Notes: generated by a model not told the origin, from the letters alone. DNA of 64,000 nt from Lachnospiraceae bacterium (GCA_015057445.1 SVEI01000004.1:6571-70570), one strand, 5' to 3'. Positions 1-10,206 are shown, numbered from the stretch's first letter. Translations and numbers: made by a program.

Positions 1-650
1 CAACACAGGTAACTACCCAAGAGACCACAGAGGTAACAACAGAAAGTGTAACAGAAACCAATGTTCAAGAAGTACCTGATGACATAATTTGGGAACGTGG
101 AAATATCACTTCTATTCAAGATGTAGTATTTGTGGGTGAAAGTGGATATGCATCATTTTTAGAGGGGTTAAATCCTGAAGGACTGGTATGGGGTAGTCTA
201 AATCCAGATATTGTTAGCATAGATAGCGAAGGATGTATGCAGTACCTATCAGAGGGCATAGCAATTATAACAGCTACTTATGAAGGTAAAACCTATGGTT
301 CTAGAATTACTGTTATTGTAGAGGATGAAAGTGCGTATCCAGTGAAAATTACAGCATCTGTTGATAGTGTTGAATTTCCATTAAATGGAGAAATTAATTA
401 TGAGAATCAAATGTGGATAGATTTAGAAATTGAAGGTGAAATTCCACCTAATTCAATGCTAATTCCTATATATACTTCATGGCATGACAATGTTAATATT
501 GGAAGTTTCATTGAAGACGAACACGGAAAGTCATCCATAGGAATATATCCTTATGAAAAAACAGGAGAAGGCAGAATACGATTAATTTTGTATGATGATG
601 AAACTGGAGAAGTGTATGGATTGAAAATCATTCCAACAAATGTATACTAA
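1..650 (+). CDS. 5'-truncated protein: Thr/Glu-rich linker, Big_2-like Ig domain and a further beta-rich domain (probably an ectodomain)
   Basis: Frame is open from base 3 (TQVTTQETTEVTTESVTET...), so the GTG at 132 is internal. WGSLNPDIVSIDSEG...GIAIITATYEGK resembles Big_2. Confidence 0.7.
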   Translation, partial: TQVTTQETTEVTTESVTETNVQEVPDDIIWERGNITSIQDVVFVGESGYASFLEGLNPEGLVWGSLNPDIVSIDSEGCMQYLSEGIAIITATYEGKTYGSRITVIVEDESAYPVKITASVDSVEFPLNGEINYENQMWIDLEIEGEIPPNSMLIPIYTSWHDNVNIGSFIEDEHGKSSIGIYPYEKTGEGRIRLILYDDETGEVYGLKIIPTNVY

Positions 651-676
651 GTAGGAATTAGATAGGAGAAAAGCTT

Positions 677-2500
677 ATGGCACGTATATGCAATAACTGC
701 CACTTTCAGGTTGGCAACGATTATGACATTTGTCCACAGTGTGGTACAGTCTTAGAAAATAATTCAATAGAATATGAATGTCAATTGCTTCCTGGCAGAA
801 CACTTAAGGGAAGATATATCATCGGAAATGTAGTTGGATATGGTGGTTTTGGAATAACATATGCAGCTATGGATAATCTTATGAATACACCAGTTGCAAT
901 TAAAGAGTACTATCCTTTTGGTTTGGTAGACAGAGATTTTTATTCAGGTGGAATAAGACTATATAGGGAGTCCGACAGAAATGATTTTATGAAGGGCTTA
1001 GATAGATTCTTAGGTGAAGCTAGAGAACTTGCAAAATTCAATCATAATAGCAATATTGTCAGTGTATTAGATTTCTTTACCGAGAATGATACTGCATATA
1101 TGGTAATGGAATTTCTGAATGGACAAACCTTAGATGAGTATATTAAAATGAATGGTGGTACATTGAAGGAACCAATGCTTACCCAAACTATTTTTTCAGT
1201 GTGTGAGGCACTTGAGATAGTACATAACGCAGGAGTAATTCATCGTGATATCAGTCCTGATAATATATTTATATGTGCTGATATGACTATTAAAATTATT
1301 GATTTTGGAGCTGCAAAGCAGTTCTTTGCAACAGAGAGTAAGACAGTATCTGTTGTATTAAAGCATGGATTTGCACCATCAGAGCAATATGTAAGCAAGG
1401 GGAAGTTTGGTCCTTGGACTGATATATATGCGTTAGGTGCTACACTTTACAAGTCAGTAACTGGTACTATGCCTGTAGAATCTGTAGGAAGAATTGTGGA
1501 TGATGGATTGGTGCCACCATCAGAAATCAATCCTGATATTCCTAAGAGTTTAAGTGATGCAATAATGAAAGCTATGGCCATAAAGGCTCCTGACAGATAC
1601 CAAAACATTGCAGAATTTAGAGATGCATTGTTAAGCATGGTTGATGAAGAAAGTAATAGAAATGTTAAAGAAGAAGTTAAAGAAGATGTAAAAGAAAAAA
1701 TTATTGAGGAGAAAAAAGAAACAATAAAAGAAAACAAACCAGAAAAAGAAGTCTCAAAGCCTATCGTTGAGGAAAAAAGGAAGCCTGATATAACTTCAGA
1801 ATCTAAAAATGCTGAAAAGGAAGTTAAGAAAGAAAAGCCGAAAGAACCATATTCCTATAAAGATAAGGAAAAAGAGAAGTATATTGAAGAAATGAAGAAG
1901 CAGGATGAAGTGGATAAGAAGGCTGCCAGAGGTCGCTTCATAAAGTTATTGGCTGTTTTCGCCTTAATAATAATTGCTGTTATTGTAATACTTTCTATAA
2001 CTAAAAACAAATACTACACAATGGAAGAGTTGAGATTAAGAATAGAAAACGATTCAAAGTATAGTAGTATAGGAATTGTAGATTATGATGCATTTGATGT
2101 GGAAAGAGTTATTTTCTTTGGCAATGGTGCAAAAGTAAAAACTCCTAAGGACGAAAAAGTAGAAATTGTAGATGATGGAATCTATATCAAATTCAAGTTA
2201 AATAAAAGAATGTCACCGGACGAGAACAAAAATATTCAATTTAACGTTGTATTAGAGAAACTTAATGACAATGATCAATATTCGCCTATGGGATACGGCA
2301 ATATTTTTATTGAGTCTGCTGTTTATGAGTTAGATGATGGTTCGAAATATGATTTTGTCAACGGAATAAATGGTTATTGTCTCGTGGATATTGGAGACTT
2401 GGAGCCTGGTAGATATAGAATGGAAATAGAATCTTTATTGCCAAAAGGAAATGCGATAATTCAAAAAAATGCAGAAATACAATTCACTGTGAAATATTAA
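677..2500 (+). CDS. Membrane Ser/Thr kinase: Zn ribbon, Hanks kinase, Lys/Glu-rich linker, TM, unknown ectodomain
   Basis: CNNC..CPQCG; GYGGFG, VAIKE, HRDISPDN, DFG, GFAPSEQ; TM LLAVFALIIIAVIVILSI; GGAG RBS. Confidence 0.95.
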   Translation: MARICNNCHFQVGNDYDICPQCGTVLENNSIEYECQLLPGRTLKGRYIIGNVVGYGGFGITYAAMDNLMNTPVAIKEYYPFGLVDRDFYSGGIRLYRESDRNDFMKGLDRFLGEARELAKFNHNSNIVSVLDFFTENDTAYMVMEFLNGQTLDEYIKMNGGTLKEPMLTQTIFSVCEALEIVHNAGVIHRDISPDNIFICADMTIKIIDFGAAKQFFATESKTVSVVLKHGFAPSEQYVSKGKFGPWTDIYALGATLYKSVTGTMPVESVGRIVDDGLVPPSEINPDIPKSLSDAIMKAMAIKAPDRYQNIAEFRDALLSMVDEESNRNVKEEVKEDVKEKIIEEKKETIKENKPEKEVSKPIVEEKRKPDITSESKNAEKEVKKEKPKEPYSYKDKEKEKYIEEMKKQDEVDKKAARGRFIKLLAVFALIIIAVIVILSITKNKYYTMEELRLRIENDSKYSSIGIVDYDAFDVERVIFFGNGAKVKTPKDEKVEIVDDGIYIKFKLNKRMSPDENKNIQFNVVLEKLNDNDQYSPMGYGNIFIESAVYELDDGSKYDFVNGINGYCLVDIGDLEPGRYRMEIESLLPKGNAIIQKNAEIQFTVKY

Positions 2501-2536
2501 ATTATATTATCAATAATACGGGAGAGAAAGATAATC

Positions 2537-4732
2537 ATGGAAAGATGTTTATCATGTATGAAAGAATACAATATTGATGATACCACTAAGGGCAAGGAAA
2601 ATACCTGCCCTTTTTGTGGTTACGAGAAGGGTACACCAACAGAGGAAATATATCATCTGAATCCAGGAACTATTCTTAGAGATAGATATATTTTAGGTGT
2701 GGTTATTGGATTCGGTGGATTTGGTATAACTTATAAGGCTTGGGATAAAAGCTTAGGAACAGTTGTGGCAGTTAAGGAGTACTACCCTACGGGAATAGTT
2801 CAGAGAGTAATAGGAGAAAACAACGTTTCCATTTATGCAAAGGCCAAGAAGAAAGAATTTTTCGCAGGAATGACAAGATTTATGAGCGAAGCCAAGAATA
2901 TGGCTCGTTTCTCTGATGTTCCTAACATAGTGCATGTAAATAATTACTTTGAAGAGAATAATACTGCCTACATTGTCATGGAGTATCTTGATGGAGTTAC
3001 CCTAAAGCATGTATTAGAGGAAAAAGGGAAGCTAAGTGATGAGGAAACCCTTGAGATTATGTTTCCAGTAATGGATGCTTTGCATGCACTCCATCAGGAA
3101 AATATATTACATAGAGATATAAGTCCCGATAACATTTTTATCTGTAATAATGGACAGATAAAGCTTATAGACTTTGGTGCGGCCAGATTTTCTGATATAG
3201 AAAATGAAATGACCAGGTCCATAATTCTTAAAGCTGGATATGCTCCAGTTGAGCAGTATAGAGCTAAGAGTAAACAGGGTCCCTATACAGATATTTATGC
3301 AGTTGGAGCAACTATATACAGATGTATAACAGGGGAAGCACCAGATGAATCTGTAAGTAGAGCGTTGGAGGATGAGCTTAAAGCTCCAAACGAGTTAGAT
3401 ACTAGTATTCCAAAATATATTAGCTCGGCTGTAATGAAATCTATGGCTATCAATGCGGAGCTAAGGTTTGGAAGTATACCACAGTTTAAGAAAGCTCTAG
3501 AGCAAAAGAAGGTTGTAAAAAGTGACAAGCAGGTAGTCAAAGGGAGAAAGATAAGAAGGGCTATTGTAATATTATTTTTCTTTATACTTATAGCTATTGG
3601 TGGCTTCGGTGCTTACAAGTATTATGAGTATAAGAGTAATAGAATAGTTTTGGAAAAATCAACAATAACTATATGGGTTCCGGTTGAAGTTACAGAGGAC
3701 ACGAAGGATACGGATATAGAAGCAGCTAAGCAGCGAATACATACTATGTCGGAAAAATTTCTTCAGGATCAGCCTAATGTTACATTAGATGTGACTGCAA
3801 TTCCTGTGGAGGAGTATAACCAACGTTTAGAGGATGCAGCGGAAGTGGGAAATCTTCCTACTCTATTTCTTTCAGACGGAGTTTCGGATTCGATTATAAA
3901 TGAATCCTTGGTATTAGAAGATGTATACGAATACCTAGATGTATCTAATTGTTATTTTTTAGAAGATTATAAGTCAGAGATATCAGCTGGAAGACAATTC
4001 CCAACAGCATTTAATGCTCCTATTGTGTATGTAAGACGAACTAATGGTATAGATATGAATACCGTTTTGATTAATCAGTTTGAACAGTTAGGTTCAGATG
4101 GTAGTAAGGGGTACTATATTGACTCTAATTATTATGCTATGAGCTTTAATAGTATAGGCGGTAAATTTTACTTCGGCAAGGATAATGTAATAGACGAAAA
4201 TACTGTCAATATGTTATCTGATATGATGGAAGAGTATAATTCCAAAAATTATGAGTTTGATGCTGAAAAAACAGAGCAGGATATAGCATTAGAGTTGTTT
4301 GAAAATGGCGAGATTACATATTATCTTGCGTCCTTTAACGATAATGATTATATGAGACAGGAAATGCCTGGATTATATGCATTTAGACCTATGAATTCTG
4401 AACAAATTCAAGGAGAGTTTGCAATGATGTGGAGCATAGGCAATTCTGCAAATGAGGACCAGGCACTTGCTGCAAAGATATGGTTTAATTACATTTTGGC
4501 AGAGAGACCACAGAAGACCATGTTTATATCAGAGAATATGTTGCCATTAAATAAAACAATATATTCGTCTATTAGTGAAATCGATGAAAGTTTTTCTATA
4601 ATGGCAGATTATACAGATAAAATGGTATTTGATTACGGAAAGCAGGATTATATTGATAGAAGAGAAAAAGCTTTGTATCAGGATGTAATTGTTGGAGATG
4701 AAGAATTGGATTCCTGGGTTAAAGAACAGTAA
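2537..4732 (+). CDS. Membrane Ser/Thr kinase with extracellular ABC-type solute-binding domain
   Basis: CLSC..CPFCG; GFGGFG/VAVKE/HRDISPDN/DFG; TM; KFLQDQPNVTLDVTAIPVEEYNQRLEDAAEVGNLPTLF resembles family-1 solute-binding proteins. Confidence 0.92.
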   Translation: MERCLSCMKEYNIDDTTKGKENTCPFCGYEKGTPTEEIYHLNPGTILRDRYILGVVIGFGGFGITYKAWDKSLGTVVAVKEYYPTGIVQRVIGENNVSIYAKAKKKEFFAGMTRFMSEAKNMARFSDVPNIVHVNNYFEENNTAYIVMEYLDGVTLKHVLEEKGKLSDEETLEIMFPVMDALHALHQENILHRDISPDNIFICNNGQIKLIDFGAARFSDIENEMTRSIILKAGYAPVEQYRAKSKQGPYTDIYAVGATIYRCITGEAPDESVSRALEDELKAPNELDTSIPKYISSAVMKSMAINAELRFGSIPQFKKALEQKKVVKSDKQVVKGRKIRRAIVILFFFILIAIGGFGAYKYYEYKSNRIVLEKSTITIWVPVEVTEDTKDTDIEAAKQRIHTMSEKFLQDQPNVTLDVTAIPVEEYNQRLEDAAEVGNLPTLFLSDGVSDSIINESLVLEDVYEYLDVSNCYFLEDYKSEISAGRQFPTAFNAPIVYVRRTNGIDMNTVLINQFEQLGSDGSKGYYIDSNYYAMSFNSIGGKFYFGKDNVIDENTVNMLSDMMEEYNSKNYEFDAEKTEQDIALELFENGEITYYLASFNDNDYMRQEMPGLYAFRPMNSEQIQGEFAMMWSIGNSANEDQALAAKIWFNYILAERPQKTMFISENMLPLNKTIYSSISEIDESFSIMADYTDKMVFDYGKQDYIDRREKALYQDVIVGDEELDSWVKEQ

Positions 4733-4781
4733 AGAAATATAAGTACAGAGTATCAACAAATTTACATAGGAGAGAACTGTT

Positions 4782-7193
4782 ATGGAAACACAATGTATGG
4801 GCTGTATGGAGATGTATGATTATGATTTAGATGCATGTCCACACTGCGGATTTAAGGAAAGTGAATATAAGAAAATAGGTTATCACCTAGCACCACATTC
4901 AACTCTAGTGGATACATATGTTGTGGGTAAGGCTATAGGTTACGGTGGCTTTGGTGTTACATATGTGGGATACAATGCCATTTTGGAGAAAAAGGTTGCA
5001 ATTAAGGAGTACCTTCCAGGAGAATTTGCCACAAGAAGTCCTGGAGATACCACAGTTACGGCCTTTACAGGAGATAAGGAACAGGCATACTACAAGGGCT
5101 TAGATCAGTTTGAGCAAGAAGCAAAACGACTTGCTAAACTTAAGAATAAGGATGGTATTGTTGATATATTTGACAGTTTTAGAGCCAATAATACGGTTTA
5201 CATAATTATGGAATGTTTAGAAGGGGAGACCTTGAAGGACCTTATAAAACGTGAAAAAAAGCTTAGTGTAACTAAGGCAACCAACATAATAGTTGCCGTT
5301 TTAGAAGCGCTAAAGGAGGTTCATGAGGACGGTATAATCCATAGAGATATATCCCCTGAAAACATATTTATAACTAAAGCTGGTGAAGTAAAGCTTATAG
5401 ACTTTGGAGCTGCAAGAAATGCAACCACAGGACTAAGCAAAAGCTTGTCCGTAATAGTAAAGCAGGGCTATGCACCTCCAGAGCAGTATTTTAGTAAGGG
5501 AAAGCAGGGGACCTGGACAGATGTGTATGCAACTGCCGCAACCTACTACAAGATGCTAACAGGTATAACACCAGACGATTCCATGGAAAGAAAGGGCAAG
5601 GACTCACTGGTACCACCGTCAAAACTAAAGGTAAAGCTTAGCAAGAGACAGGAGAACGCCCTTCTTAATGCTCTAGAATTAGACGTAAAGAACAGAACAG
5701 CAACTGTGGATGAATTCTTAAATGGATTAACCGGTGAAAAGGGAAAGGTTAAGAGAACCAAGGTAAAGAAGGAAAAAGTTGACCTAGGAAAGATGTCTCT
5801 TAAGACAAAGCTTGCCATAGTACTAGGAGCTGCAACCGTTGCCTGCGCATTTGTTATAGGATATCAGGTTGTAAGAGACAATATAATAAGTGATCAGGAA
5901 AGTCTAGAGGATAATCAGGTATATGTACCTAATGTGCTAAATATGTCCTACGAGGAAGCAGAGGCTATACTTACGCAAAATGGCTTAGTGGCAAAGATTA
6001 CTAAGAGAGAATTCAAGAATGACATGCCACCTAATATAGTCATAGAGCAAGGAATTGTTGCGGGAGATATAGTTGATAAAGGTACAGAAATATCTATTGT
6101 TATAAGCAATGGTGGAACAGGTACTTATATAGAAAACTATGTTGGTATGCATAAGGATGATGTAATTAAAAAGTTGGATGAAATTCAAATGTATGCAGAC
6201 TTTGAAGAGATTGAAAGTGCAGCGGCACCAGGTATTATCGTAAGTCAGGATGTGGCCTATGAAACAGCTGTGCAGAAGGGAACTGTAATAAAGTTTCAGG
6301 TTTCAACAGGACTTAATAATCTTGGAGATGAAAATGTAAAGGTGCCAGATTTGGTGGGCAAGACATATGATGAATGTGTAGAGTTACTGAAAGAAAACAA
6401 AATCTATATTAAGAGAACAAGTACCACCTATGACGCCAATATACCAGTGGGGCAGATTGTAAGTCAGAATGTGGCTGCTGGAACTAGTGTTAAGACAGGT
6501 ACTATTATTGAAGTAAATGTCAGTGGTGGAGTTGAAAAGGTTAGAATTCCGAATGTTACAGGTTCAAATATTTCTGAGACTGAGAAAAGACTGACGGATA
6601 TGGGGTTAAACGTAGTTATTGATTATGATACTTATCAAAAAGGTTACGCATGTACTGTTATAGGATTGGATGTAGAAGAAGGAATTCTAGTTGACAAGGG
6701 AACTACTGTTACAATCTATGGAAGAAGAGGTGTGACTTTCAATGCGTATTTGACATATCCAGATAAGGAATTTGGGAATGTGTATAAGGTTGGCGATGAA
6801 ATAAAAGTTACTATTGAAATGGTTGGCGAGCAAAAAGGAATAAATGCAAACTGGAGAAAGGAATTTGGATTCCAATATAATAATGAATTGCTAGAGTATA
6901 AAGGAATTGAAGGAGCTGGGTCAGCAAAACTTATTAATAACCATGAGGAATATGGAGACTGTATGATGATTACCCACAGTTGGAGCGGCGAGTATAATGT
7001 AGATACTTGTACGCTTACCTTTGAGGCAATCAAAGAAGGCACTGACGAAATTGGAGTATTTTATTATCAGACATGGATGAATGAAGAAAAAACACGGGCA
7101 AACGCTCATCTCTTCACTTACTCTAATATACCATATGATTACACCTTTCTTCAGAGTGTAGATCATATTGTAGATATAGAAATTACAAAGTAA
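4782..7193 (+). CDS. Membrane Ser/Thr kinase with 4 PASTA repeats and a C-terminal cohesin-like beta-sandwich
   Basis: CMGC..CPHCG; HRDISPEN; TM; PASTA starts VPNVLN, IENYVG, VPDLVG, IPNVTG; tail KVGDEIKVTI..FQYNNELLEY..LTFEAIKEG. Confidence 0.93.
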   Translation: METQCMGCMEMYDYDLDACPHCGFKESEYKKIGYHLAPHSTLVDTYVVGKAIGYGGFGVTYVGYNAILEKKVAIKEYLPGEFATRSPGDTTVTAFTGDKEQAYYKGLDQFEQEAKRLAKLKNKDGIVDIFDSFRANNTVYIIMECLEGETLKDLIKREKKLSVTKATNIIVAVLEALKEVHEDGIIHRDISPENIFITKAGEVKLIDFGAARNATTGLSKSLSVIVKQGYAPPEQYFSKGKQGTWTDVYATAATYYKMLTGITPDDSMERKGKDSLVPPSKLKVKLSKRQENALLNALELDVKNRTATVDEFLNGLTGEKGKVKRTKVKKEKVDLGKMSLKTKLAIVLGAATVACAFVIGYQVVRDNIISDQESLEDNQVYVPNVLNMSYEEAEAILTQNGLVAKITKREFKNDMPPNIVIEQGIVAGDIVDKGTEISIVISNGGTGTYIENYVGMHKDDVIKKLDEIQMYADFEEIESAAAPGIIVSQDVAYETAVQKGTVIKFQVSTGLNNLGDENVKVPDLVGKTYDECVELLKENKIYIKRTSTTYDANIPVGQIVSQNVAAGTSVKTGTIIEVNVSGGVEKVRIPNVTGSNISETEKRLTDMGLNVVIDYDTYQKGYACTVIGLDVEEGILVDKGTTVTIYGRRGVTFNAYLTYPDKEFGNVYKVGDEIKVTIEMVGEQKGINANWRKEFGFQYNNELLEYKGIEGAGSAKLINNHEEYGDCMMITHSWSGEYNVDTCTLTFEAIKEGTDEIGVFYYQTWMNEEKTRANAHLFTYSNIPYDYTFLQSVDHIVDIEITK

Positions 7194-7207
7194 TTCGAGG
7201 AAAAAAC

Positions 7208-7444
7208 ATGGAAACACAATGTATGGGCTGTATGGAGATGTATGACTATGAGTTAGAAACATGTCCACACTGCGGATTTTACTTTGATGCATCAGCGGAG
7301 GGGGATACAGATATTTCTGTAGAAGCCTACTTAGTTCCGTATTCAGATGGTAACTATATTACAGAGTTTCATGTCTATGGGAATTATGATATTTTCTCAT
7401 TTGACGATCAAACACATGATTCAATACATATTAGTATAGAGTAA
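7208..7444 (+). pseudogene. Internally deleted kinase paralog (Zn-ribbon N-terminus fused to cohesin-like C-terminus)
   Basis: First 72 nt match 4782-4853 at 68/72 positions; the rest (FDASAEGDTDISV...DSIHISIE) resembles the end of 4782..7193 (FEAIKEGTDEIGV...DHIVDIEITK). Confidence 0.7.
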
Positions 7445-7459
7445 CGAGGAGACAAAAAA

Positions 7460-8656
7460 GTGACTTATGCAGATATAGTAGTAGCAATTATATATGCTAT
7501 GCAAATGATGATATGTGTGTTGTTTGCATTGCCCTATAAAAGAAGCAAGAAACATATAATACTGCTTGCTATTGTAACAATAATTGAATATTACTGTGTA
7601 AAATTAGCTACTCTTGATATTAGAATTTATTGGTTAGCCTATGTGGTTGAATTTTTTGGAACCTTAGTTGTACTTGCGCTATTCAACAGTGGAAACATAT
7701 GGCGTAATTTTATGATATCTTGGTTTAATTTCCAGTGTGCAAATGTTTTGATTATAATTGAGGGTGCTATATCAAGCTATTTTATCGATATCAATTCTAT
7801 TGTAATATTTGGGGCTACTGGAAACGATAAATATGTATTTTTTGAAATATTATTTATGCTTTTTAATGCTCTTGTAGCATTGACAATATCCAAAAAGCTG
7901 TTTAAAGAAAACTATAACCCTGAAAATAAGACCTATAAATATATAGTTGCAATAATCGTAATTGTAGGAACTACATTAGGATTAAAGAAAAATCATATGA
8001 TAGCTGAAGTAAGAGAGGGTTCTGGATTAGGGGTATACAAAATATATACTACAGCCATATTAATTATAATTGTTGTTATGTATTTGGTGGGATATTTCTA
8101 TAATCTATCAGAGAAAAAAAGACTCTTAAAAGAACGTGAAGAATTAAAAGAGATAATAGAAAAAAATTATAAGCAGTACGAAAATATTGTAGACAGTAAC
8201 AAAAAACTAGAGAGTATAAAGGATAAAGTTAAGACACTTGATGATATACCGAATATGAATATATCTAATCTATCTTTAAGTGGGAATTTAACATTGGATA
8301 CCATTATTTCCAATTACGATTCCAAAGCTAGAGAGAATAATATTACCTTTGAGATAAGTATAGCGCCACTAAAAAGCGACATAAGTAGAGATATGAGTTT
8401 GGCTACCATTATAGATGATTTGATGGATAAAGCCATAGGTGCATGCTTAAAACATACTAAAGAAAAATGGATATCAATGGGAATTAGACAGGACTCTAGT
8501 AACGTTATAATAAAGCTTGAATATAGTAAGCCGGAATCGTACAACATTAAAATGAAGGATATAAAGCTGATTCACAAGATAGTATCCTTCAGAGAAGGAG
8601 CAATTGATTTAAATTGTAAAGAAAATGAAGTCCGTGTTGACATACTATTGCCATAA
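7460..8656 (+). CDS. Polytopic AgrC/GHKL-like membrane sensor with degenerate catalytic motifs (pseudo-histidine kinase)
   Basis: About 6-7 TM helices; SGNLTLDTII; N-box degenerate (DDLMDKAIGA); no H-box His and no HGxG box; GTG start with GAGGAG RBS. Confidence 0.75.
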   Translation: MTYADIVVAIIYAMQMMICVLFALPYKRSKKHIILLAIVTIIEYYCVKLATLDIRIYWLAYVVEFFGTLVVLALFNSGNIWRNFMISWFNFQCANVLIIIEGAISSYFIDINSIVIFGATGNDKYVFFEILFMLFNALVALTISKKLFKENYNPENKTYKYIVAIIVIVGTTLGLKKNHMIAEVREGSGLGVYKIYTTAILIIIVVMYLVGYFYNLSEKKRLLKEREELKEIIEKNYKQYENIVDSNKKLESIKDKVKTLDDIPNMNISNLSLSGNLTLDTIISNYDSKARENNITFEISIAPLKSDISRDMSLATIIDDLMDKAIGACLKHTKEKWISMGIRQDSSNVIIKLEYSKPESYNIKMKDIKLIHKIVSFREGAIDLNCKENEVRVDILLP

Positions 8657-8678
8657 TAATTGTGACTGGAGACGAGTG

Positions 8679-9335
8679 ATGAATTACATTTTTATAGCAC
8701 TATTTGTTATTTCTTTAATTGTATTAACATGTACTATTAAAGACAGACGGCATCTAGAGGAAGAAAGAGAACAACTAGAAAAAATTATTGAAGAAGGAAA
8801 TAATTTATACGAAAAAGTAGTAAAAGAAAATGAAAGTCTAAGATTTGTGAAGCACGATTATAAGAAACAACAACAGATTTCTAATATAGTCAAGCATACC
8901 CAACAGCATTTTGAGCACACTGGGCATAAAATCATCGATATAATTTTGGATACAAAAAAACAAGAAGCAAGGGCAAAAAACATTAGTTTCGATTTTGAGG
9001 TGTGCAAGCTTTCGGGGTGGAATATAACAGATGGAGAAACCATTAGTTTGTTTACCAATCTTATAGATAATGCAATTGAAGCAGCAAATAAATCTATAGC
9101 GGAAAGGTATATAACACTCACCATTAATCAGATGGATGATAGTATAATTATCAACCTTCAAAATTCAAAGATAGACACTGAAAGGCCTTTAGCCACAGAC
9201 ATGACCACAACAAAAATGGATATGGAAAATCATGGTTATGGAATAAAAATAATAAGAGAAATTGTCCATAATAATAATGGAGAAATTATGATGTCAGATG
9301 ATATTAACAAATTTACTGTAGAGATAAAATTATGA
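8679..9335 (+). CDS. Short single-TM AgrC-like GHKL histidine kinase
   Basis: H-box LRFVKHDYK, TGHKIIDIIL, N-box NLIDNAIEA, G-box HGYGIKII; start moved to ATG 8679 behind GGAG. Confidence 0.88.
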   Translation: MNYIFIALFVISLIVLTCTIKDRRHLEEEREQLEKIIEEGNNLYEKVVKENESLRFVKHDYKKQQQISNIVKHTQQHFEHTGHKIIDIILDTKKQEARAKNISFDFEVCKLSGWNITDGETISLFTNLIDNAIEAANKSIAERYITLTINQMDDSIIINLQNSKIDTERPLATDMTTTKMDMENHGYGIKIIREIVHNNNGEIMMSDDINKFTVEIKL

Positions 9336-9355
9336 TGTCAGTGGAGGATAAGTTT

Positions 9356-10066
9356 ATGAAACTTATAATATGTGATGATGAGATTGTAGATGCAGAGAAG
9401 GCATCTTCTATAATAAAAAAAACAGAAACATATAAAGACTTTGAAATCGAAATTCGAACTCCCCAGGATGTAATGATTGCTGTGGAGGAAGATTTGTTCA
9501 AATGCGATATATTAGTTATGGATATACAGTTTGAAGGAGAAAACTATGATGGAATACAGCTTACACAGATGATAAACGAAAAATTCCCAACCTGTAGAAT
9601 AGTGTTTCTTACTAACATACTAGATTTTGCACCATTTGTATATGAAACTAATCATTGCTATTTTGTGACAAAAGAGAATATTGATATAATGTTACCACGA
9701 GCAATAACCAAGGCAGTTGAGGACTATAATAATGTTCAAAATGAGATGATAGAGCTTATTACAAAAAGCCATAAAGTATTTTTGCCTGAGAGTGAAATTG
9801 TTTATATTGAAAGACAAGATAGGGTTCTGTTTGTACACACAAACAATGATAGGTATCCGTGTTATCTGTCTCTTAAAAAAATGGAAGGGAAATTAGAAAA
9901 TACATTTGTTAGATGTCATGGAGGATTTATAGTAAATCTAAGCTATGTATCAGGCGTAGTTGGTACGGAGGTTATATTGAAGGATGGGAATAAGATTCCA
10001 ATTGGAATGAGATTTTTTGATAGCTTCAAAATGAAATATTTGAAGTATTATTCGGATAGAATGTAA
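9356..10066 (+). CDS. LytTR-family response regulator
   Basis: IICDDE, DILVMDI, FVRCHGGFIVNL; GGAGG RBS at 9343 gives ATG 9356. Confidence 0.93.
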   Translation: MKLIICDDEIVDAEKASSIIKKTETYKDFEIEIRTPQDVMIAVEEDLFKCDILVMDIQFEGENYDGIQLTQMINEKFPTCRIVFLTNILDFAPFVYETNHCYFVTKENIDIMLPRAITKAVEDYNNVQNEMIELITKSHKVFLPESEIVYIERQDRVLFVHTNNDRYPCYLSLKKMEGKLENTFVRCHGGFIVNLSYVSGVVGTEVILKDGNKIPIGMRFFDSFKMKYLKYYSDRM

Positions 10067-10076
10067 TTAGATTATG

Positions 10077-10113
10077 AAAAACTCACGCTACATATAAGTG
10101 GTGTGAGTTTTTT
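10077..10113 (+). terminator. Intrinsic terminator
   Basis: AAAAACTCACGC..GTGTGAGTTTTT hairpin plus T tract. Confidence 0.8.
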
Positions 10114-10172
10114 GCATAAAAACTGGTTAAAAATGCAATGGGGAGAAATTTCAAAAATAATTGTGATAATAT
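10112..10172 (+). promoter_or_regulatory. 21-bp-period box (TTGCA/ATGCA) plus -10 hexamer; putative LytTR-activated promoter
   Basis: TTGCA 10112, ATGCA 10133, TGnTAATAT 10164-10172; boxes nearly identical to 56112-56140. Confidence 0.65.
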
Positions 10173-10206
10173 GACATTATATTTTAAGACAAAGGAGGGA
10201 ATAATT

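Noticed and set aside
4782-7444. 72-nt repeat as a DGR template/variable repeat
   Set aside because: It is at gene 5' ends, mismatches are not adenine-specific, and no reverse transcriptase is present.
7460-10066. agr-type quorum-sensing operon
   Set aside because: No AgrB or AgrD-like peptide ORF was found; 7208..7444 is a kinase relic, not a propeptide.
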